Positions 59,250-64,000 of a DNA stretch of 64,000 nt are shown in pieces. Below the pieces are notes generated by a model. It was not told where the DNA came from. It saw nothing but the letters and a program-made list of their open reading frames with translations, and ran no database searches. Location: the NCBI GenBank assembly GCA_010909165.1, contig VJWM01000044.1, forward strand, positions 1,550,001-1,614,000, written 5' to 3'. Source of the DNA: Anthoceros angustus (Eukaryota > Plantae > Anthocerotophyta). Numbering within the stretch: the first letter of the stretch is position 1; the number at the start of each line of letters is the position of its first letter. The translations under genes were made by a program, and so were the position numbers.

Positions 59250-59740
59250 TCTTTCCTTTCGAAGGAGCTCAAAGCGATAACCCGGTCAAAAGAGCCCAAC
59301 GCAAATAGCTAAGCAGTAACCCTAAACGGCAGGAAATATACGTAAATGTAGTGTGTGGTTAGTGTGTACGTACAAATAGGTATAGCCAGTTCGTATTTTA
59401 CTACTTTCGGGTTCTTTCCTTGTCGAGTTTATAATGTCCATCAAGGCAAGGTTGTTCCCATCTACATTCATGCTTCCAAGCCCACCGAGCTAAGACCTCG
59501 TTTTTGTGAGATGACATACACAGCCTGCCCATGGCCTGTCTGCTTAGGGTCTGGACTCATTAGCCCATCCTAAGTACATAGTGCTCTACAGTCCTACCTT
59601 TTTTTTTTTCTCACAGTCCGTCACCCTACTTTGCCCAGCAAGCTTCCATGACATTTTTTACAAATTCGATTACAATATATATACGAGTGAGGTTATCTTA
59701 CAAGTGGAAAGGGTGTGGAACCTATGTACAAAGGGACGTC

Positions 59741-62703
59741 CTAGGGCTTTGCAGTTGGTGAGTCTGGTATTTGCAACTCCACATCATTGCCTGCTTCTGT
59801 TGGGGTGCTTATCCGGTATCTGCCGGATTGAGATCCTTGGTTGCTGCCATGGGTAGAGTCAGCTTTTTGGCTTTCTAGTCTTCCTTGAGCTCGTTTTCTC
59901 CAACCATGAAGAGCTCCTTTCACGTGTCCTCCCAGTTTGTACGAGGAACCCATCTGCAAACGAGTGCACACCGCATTATAGATCACAGTCGCCGGAAACA
60001 GGTAGGAGATTTCTGGGGATAAGGAGCAGATGTATACCTGGCTGACGAGAGCATAAAGTGGGAGAGTGCTGTAGCTGCAGACAATCTGAACGAAGATCCT
60101 GTTCACAAGGTAGTGTCGGTTTGATGAGCAAGCTGAAGCCAAAGGATTGAGTCCGAAACTTGAAGGATGGGAGGAATGGCAGGATGGGCTGACGAATCCA
60201 AGTCACTAACCCGAAAAGCAGGCGGGTGATGGTGTATGTCTTGTGATCTAGGAAACAGGAGGACAGGGAGAATTGCCACTGCAAGAGACAAGGAAACTTA
60301 AGGATTTAGCTGAGGGTATGGAGAAGTATAAGAGCCGAAACAATCTGTGTCCTGTTAACTTAGTGTATCTCCTGTACTTACCCAAAACCAGAAAAACGTT
60401 GCCAGCTCAAAAGCATTCTGAGACACAGGCGGGACGGGTGTGAGCGTTCTCCTCAAGCCGTATTTGGGAAGACAAGGGAGAGTTACGTTTTGTGGATGGT
60501 TGAGCACAGTACCTGGAACAGGATGAAGTGGATCAAGCCCAGAAGGAGCTCTGGACTTCCAAACCAGAAAAGCTCGTCTCGAGGTTTCAATCTGTGAGGA
60601 GCATAAGACGTCTGTCCGTGGGCATTCTCCAAGGCAAGAGTCGCAATGACGTGTTGAAGCTTGGCACCGATCGTTAGAAGCATCTGTAGAAGGAGGGCCT
60701 TGTCTTAGAACGACTGTCAACAATGGTGCCATGCCAAATAACTTGCTCCACTGAGCGGGAGTGATAGCTTACAACGGGGGGTATTAGAGCTATCCAGAAG
60801 TAGAAATCTGTGCCTGCATACATGAGAGGACGATAGTAAAGGATTAGTCTAGTAGCGACCTCCCAGTCCTAGACACCGCGATTAGCAAAACAGATGGAAT
60901 TGGTTGGTAGAGATTCAAGATGAAGTAACTTGCTCACCATGAATATTGAAGAGCATGAAGCAGACAACGAAGGCCCAAAGGTATGCACTGCAGCAATAGA
61001 CGCGAAAGCGTTAGGCCTGAGGCTCACGTTCCACCCGTCAAGACTTGTAAGCAGCTGGCAGGTGAAGGTAAAGACCTGATTCCGACAATTCCCTTGAACT
61101 CTTCCTCCATTGTCCGGACCATGTAGGTGTGAAAGTTGAACTTCTTATCGAGCCTGTGATTCTGTGCCATGAAACACCCACCCAACAACACAACATTTAG
61201 ACAGCCTAATCTCGAGCCTGTCTGCTCCCAAAATGCCAGCTGACAGCAGCGACAAGCCTTAGTCAACTTACAGTGATGAAACCCAGTCTCAGGGCTAGAT
61301 AATCGGCCCTTGTGACGGATGTGAAAAATTGTCTGAAGAAGCAAACCTGCGGGGGAACACAATCCAAGCAGTATGAGCTGCAAGCGTAATGTGCGTGGCA
61401 GGGTCATCAGTCTGCCAAATGTGCGCCGTGAGTCTTACAATCCAGATTAGGAAGCGGTTCTGGCTCCATGGCTTGGAGGCGTGGTATCGTACAAACGTTG
61501 ATTGCCGGTTCATTGTGAGCGCCTTCGTAACCTCTGCGTCATCACCACCACGGTGTTTTCAGAAGCAATAAAACCAACATATACAACACAGCGCGCATTC
61601 CGTTCACTCCAGAAAGGTTGGAGAAGGACGAGCTTGAGTCGTAAGTTTGAAGCGACGGCCTTACCGGCCATGCTGTCATGGTTGTCAGCACAAGTCTCTG
61701 CCTCCCATTTCTTCCACGTATGTATCTGCCAGAACATGATTCAATCCACTCTAAGCACGGAGGCATCTTGTCACACCTCTCAGAACGAATTAAAATCTGG
61801 GCCTGCGATGCCTGGATTAATTTGAAGTGACGGTAGGATGGCAAGCCCCGGTACCTTCAGCAGCGACAGGGCCATCGCCAGAGCCGAATAGACGACATGC
61901 ACAACTGCCATGACAAAGATGAAGATGTGCAGCTGGTGTATGCCCTCCACAGATATGGCCGGTTGATGCTGCACGGAACAAACCGAGTAATTCCACGATG
62001 AGAAATCCCAGCAACTCCAAACAGCAAGGCAGACACGACAGAGAAAATGGGAGCAGGCCGCGCACCCCGGCAGCGCAAGTGCCTTGGCATGATCCCGCGG
62101 CCTCGGCAGCACCGCCGCCACCGACTCCAGTCGCGAGCAGCCCTGTGGCAGCCGTTGCTGCCTCCTCCGACTCGCAGGAGGCTCCGCTTCCGGCATCGGA
62201 CTGGGCGCACGCAGTCCATTTCTTGACGACGTGAGTGGGCAGGCAGATTTTGACGATGTACTGTTGCGTCACTGTGACGAAGAGGGAGATGAATCCCAGG
62301 AGCATGAGCTCTGCACGGGAGCCGGTTCACCACACACTGTCAGGTAGGCTGTCAGCGAATCCACGCAACCCTTTCCCATTCCCTGCTCCAGAAGCTGAAG
62401 TTGTAGCGATCACCAACCTTCCTTCATCTTCTCCAGCGCCTGCAGCCATGCTTTTTGCTTGTTCTTCTTAAACCACTGCCCCACAAATCGCCCACAAAAT
62501 GTCACACTGCGTAGGTCAGGATCCAGAAGCATCGCAATTCGAACTCGGAAATGGAGCTGGGTTCGGGCCTCGGTAGCTACCAGACCCAGCCGATGAATTG
62601 CCCGCTCCACCGCAAACGATACCACCACGAACACCGTGCAGACGACAGCAATCACCCAGGTGGGAGTGAGAGCAAGCGACCTCCCCTCGGACCCTCCCGC
62701 CAT
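59741..62703 (-). CDS. MLO: MLO-family seven-transmembrane protein, intact, 15 exons
   Basis: All exons traced with GT-AG borders and no stops: [103 protein letters not shown], and a CaM-binding-like ALHGWRKRA. Confidence 0.95.
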
Positions 62704-64000
62704 AATTCTCAACGCTGCTCCTCCCTTCCAATCCCAATCCTAAGCTTTCTCACTCTCCACTGTGGTGGATTCCGAGATTTCCAGCTTCCCAGGGCCCGTC
62801 GGCGGCGGCCCCGTCAGACGCCAATGCGGCCTCGTCTCAAAAAATTCCCTCCAAGTCTGGCGCGGGCACAGCGTCTGCGGGCATCACCACACGGTGATTG
62901 GCATGCCGGCGGGAATGTTGCGCTCCCGGCAGCGAGCCAAGTCTGGAAGAATGCGCTTTGAGCGCTGGCGCGCAAGCTTGATTTGATGGGGGAGACCGAA
63001 TTTCACTGACGCCTGAAAGCTGGAGAGCGGCTGCATTTAATGAACTGGAGCTTGGCTGTTCAGATACATCCAACATTCGGCCCAGGTTGGTTACCTCTTT
63101 CCTCGACGCTTCTTCCCGGTGCAGCCTTTTTTTTAATGAGCAGGCAGTCGTCAGCGAATGAGCCCCAGGTTTCTGAGACGCGCCAGGACCCAGGACCAAG
63201 GACCCAGGTGTCGGACTGGGGTCGGGCTGGAAAGCGCCTTTTCTGTTTTCCTTCGTTGGGCGATTAGACCGTCACTCAAATTTGCGGACCAAGAGGACAG
63301 GCTGCCAGCGCAATCGCAAGCGCTTCGGGATTGGAGGGGAAGGAGTAGCAGAATGCCAAATGGCGGGCAGTCGGTGATGGACAAAATCCCTGCCCAGACA
63401 GAGATATACTGCTGGACTAGTAGTTAAGAATCGTGCTCCACTTTGGCCGGCACTATGGATATGAGGCAGCTGCGGCTAAGAGGCGCGCCGGCCAGCGGCG
63501 CAAAACAGCGCATCACAGCGTCACAGCCAGCCCGTCATCCGTGCCACTGAAAACCTAACTGGCGATGGCGACGAAGGTTAGTGGCTGCTCGGAAATACCC
63601 CTTTGGTTTCGTACGATAAAACATCCTTGGATTTGCCGAACTGTTTATTTTCCTAGTGGAGGGCTGTCATGGCAACGCGGTTGCGGCTTCATCCTGTCTG
63701 TAACGTCCGTGATCCCGTCCCGACTCCGAATCCGTGGTCCATCCAGCAGGAGCTTGAGCTAAAACACGGTTTCCTGCATGGATCATGTCTCCATCCTCCC
63801 AGTACTCACAGGCGGTGGAAAGTGGAGATGCCCACCAGTGACCACTGCCAAGCACCCTGCCTTTGCTCCAGGACTCGAAGGGACCGCATCGAAGCATGCC
63901 ATGCCTGCTGGCCCCTGATATTCTCTACGCGAGCATCGCGTGGGACTGGCGAGGTCATGAGGTCGCCTTAATCAACTCCAGGTCAAACGGAAATATCTCC

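Noticed and set aside
62800-64000. Several short ORFs at the right end
   Set aside because: No motifs or splice-consistent model; probably MLO upstream region.

Overview
Eukaryotic nuclear DNA from a gene-dense, non-seed land plant: ~80-130 nt GT-AG introns, land-plant families (MLO, DUF247, NLR, BRIP) and the axonemal dynein assembly factor ZMYND10, which implies flagellated sperm. A hornwort or lycophyte is my inference and is not proven. Genes: 3' end of a GT23/alpha-1,6-fucosyltransferase-like gene, a TM-anchored disordered protein, intronless ZMYND10 in an AT-rich island, an AIFM2/FSP1-like oxidoreductase, a multi-pass membrane protein, a 5-exon NB-ARC-LRR with a non-TIR helical N-terminus, two MLO paralogues (one intact with 15 exons, one pseudogene), DUF247, a plastid SET/Rubisco-LSMT-family gene, CWF19L1, a GLTSCR1/BRIP gene, tRNA-Pro(AGG) and tRNA-Arg(CCT). 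Mobile DNA: a near-complete Ty1/Copia (short ~152 bp LTRs with TG..CT termini, GTTGC TSD) that splits a TPR pseudogene, an internally deleted Copia (AAAGC TSD), a decayed CRE-like restriction-endonuclease non-LTR element, and an APE LINE with a (TTC)8 tail. Two tandem duplications inside the retroelements are each bounded by 8-bp microhomologies and may be real or long-read assembly artefacts. I found no clear novel multi-gene system. The best leads are the atypical NLR, the CRE-like and RTEX/L2-like retroelements and the AT-rich gene islands. All family assignments come from motif recall, not database searches.
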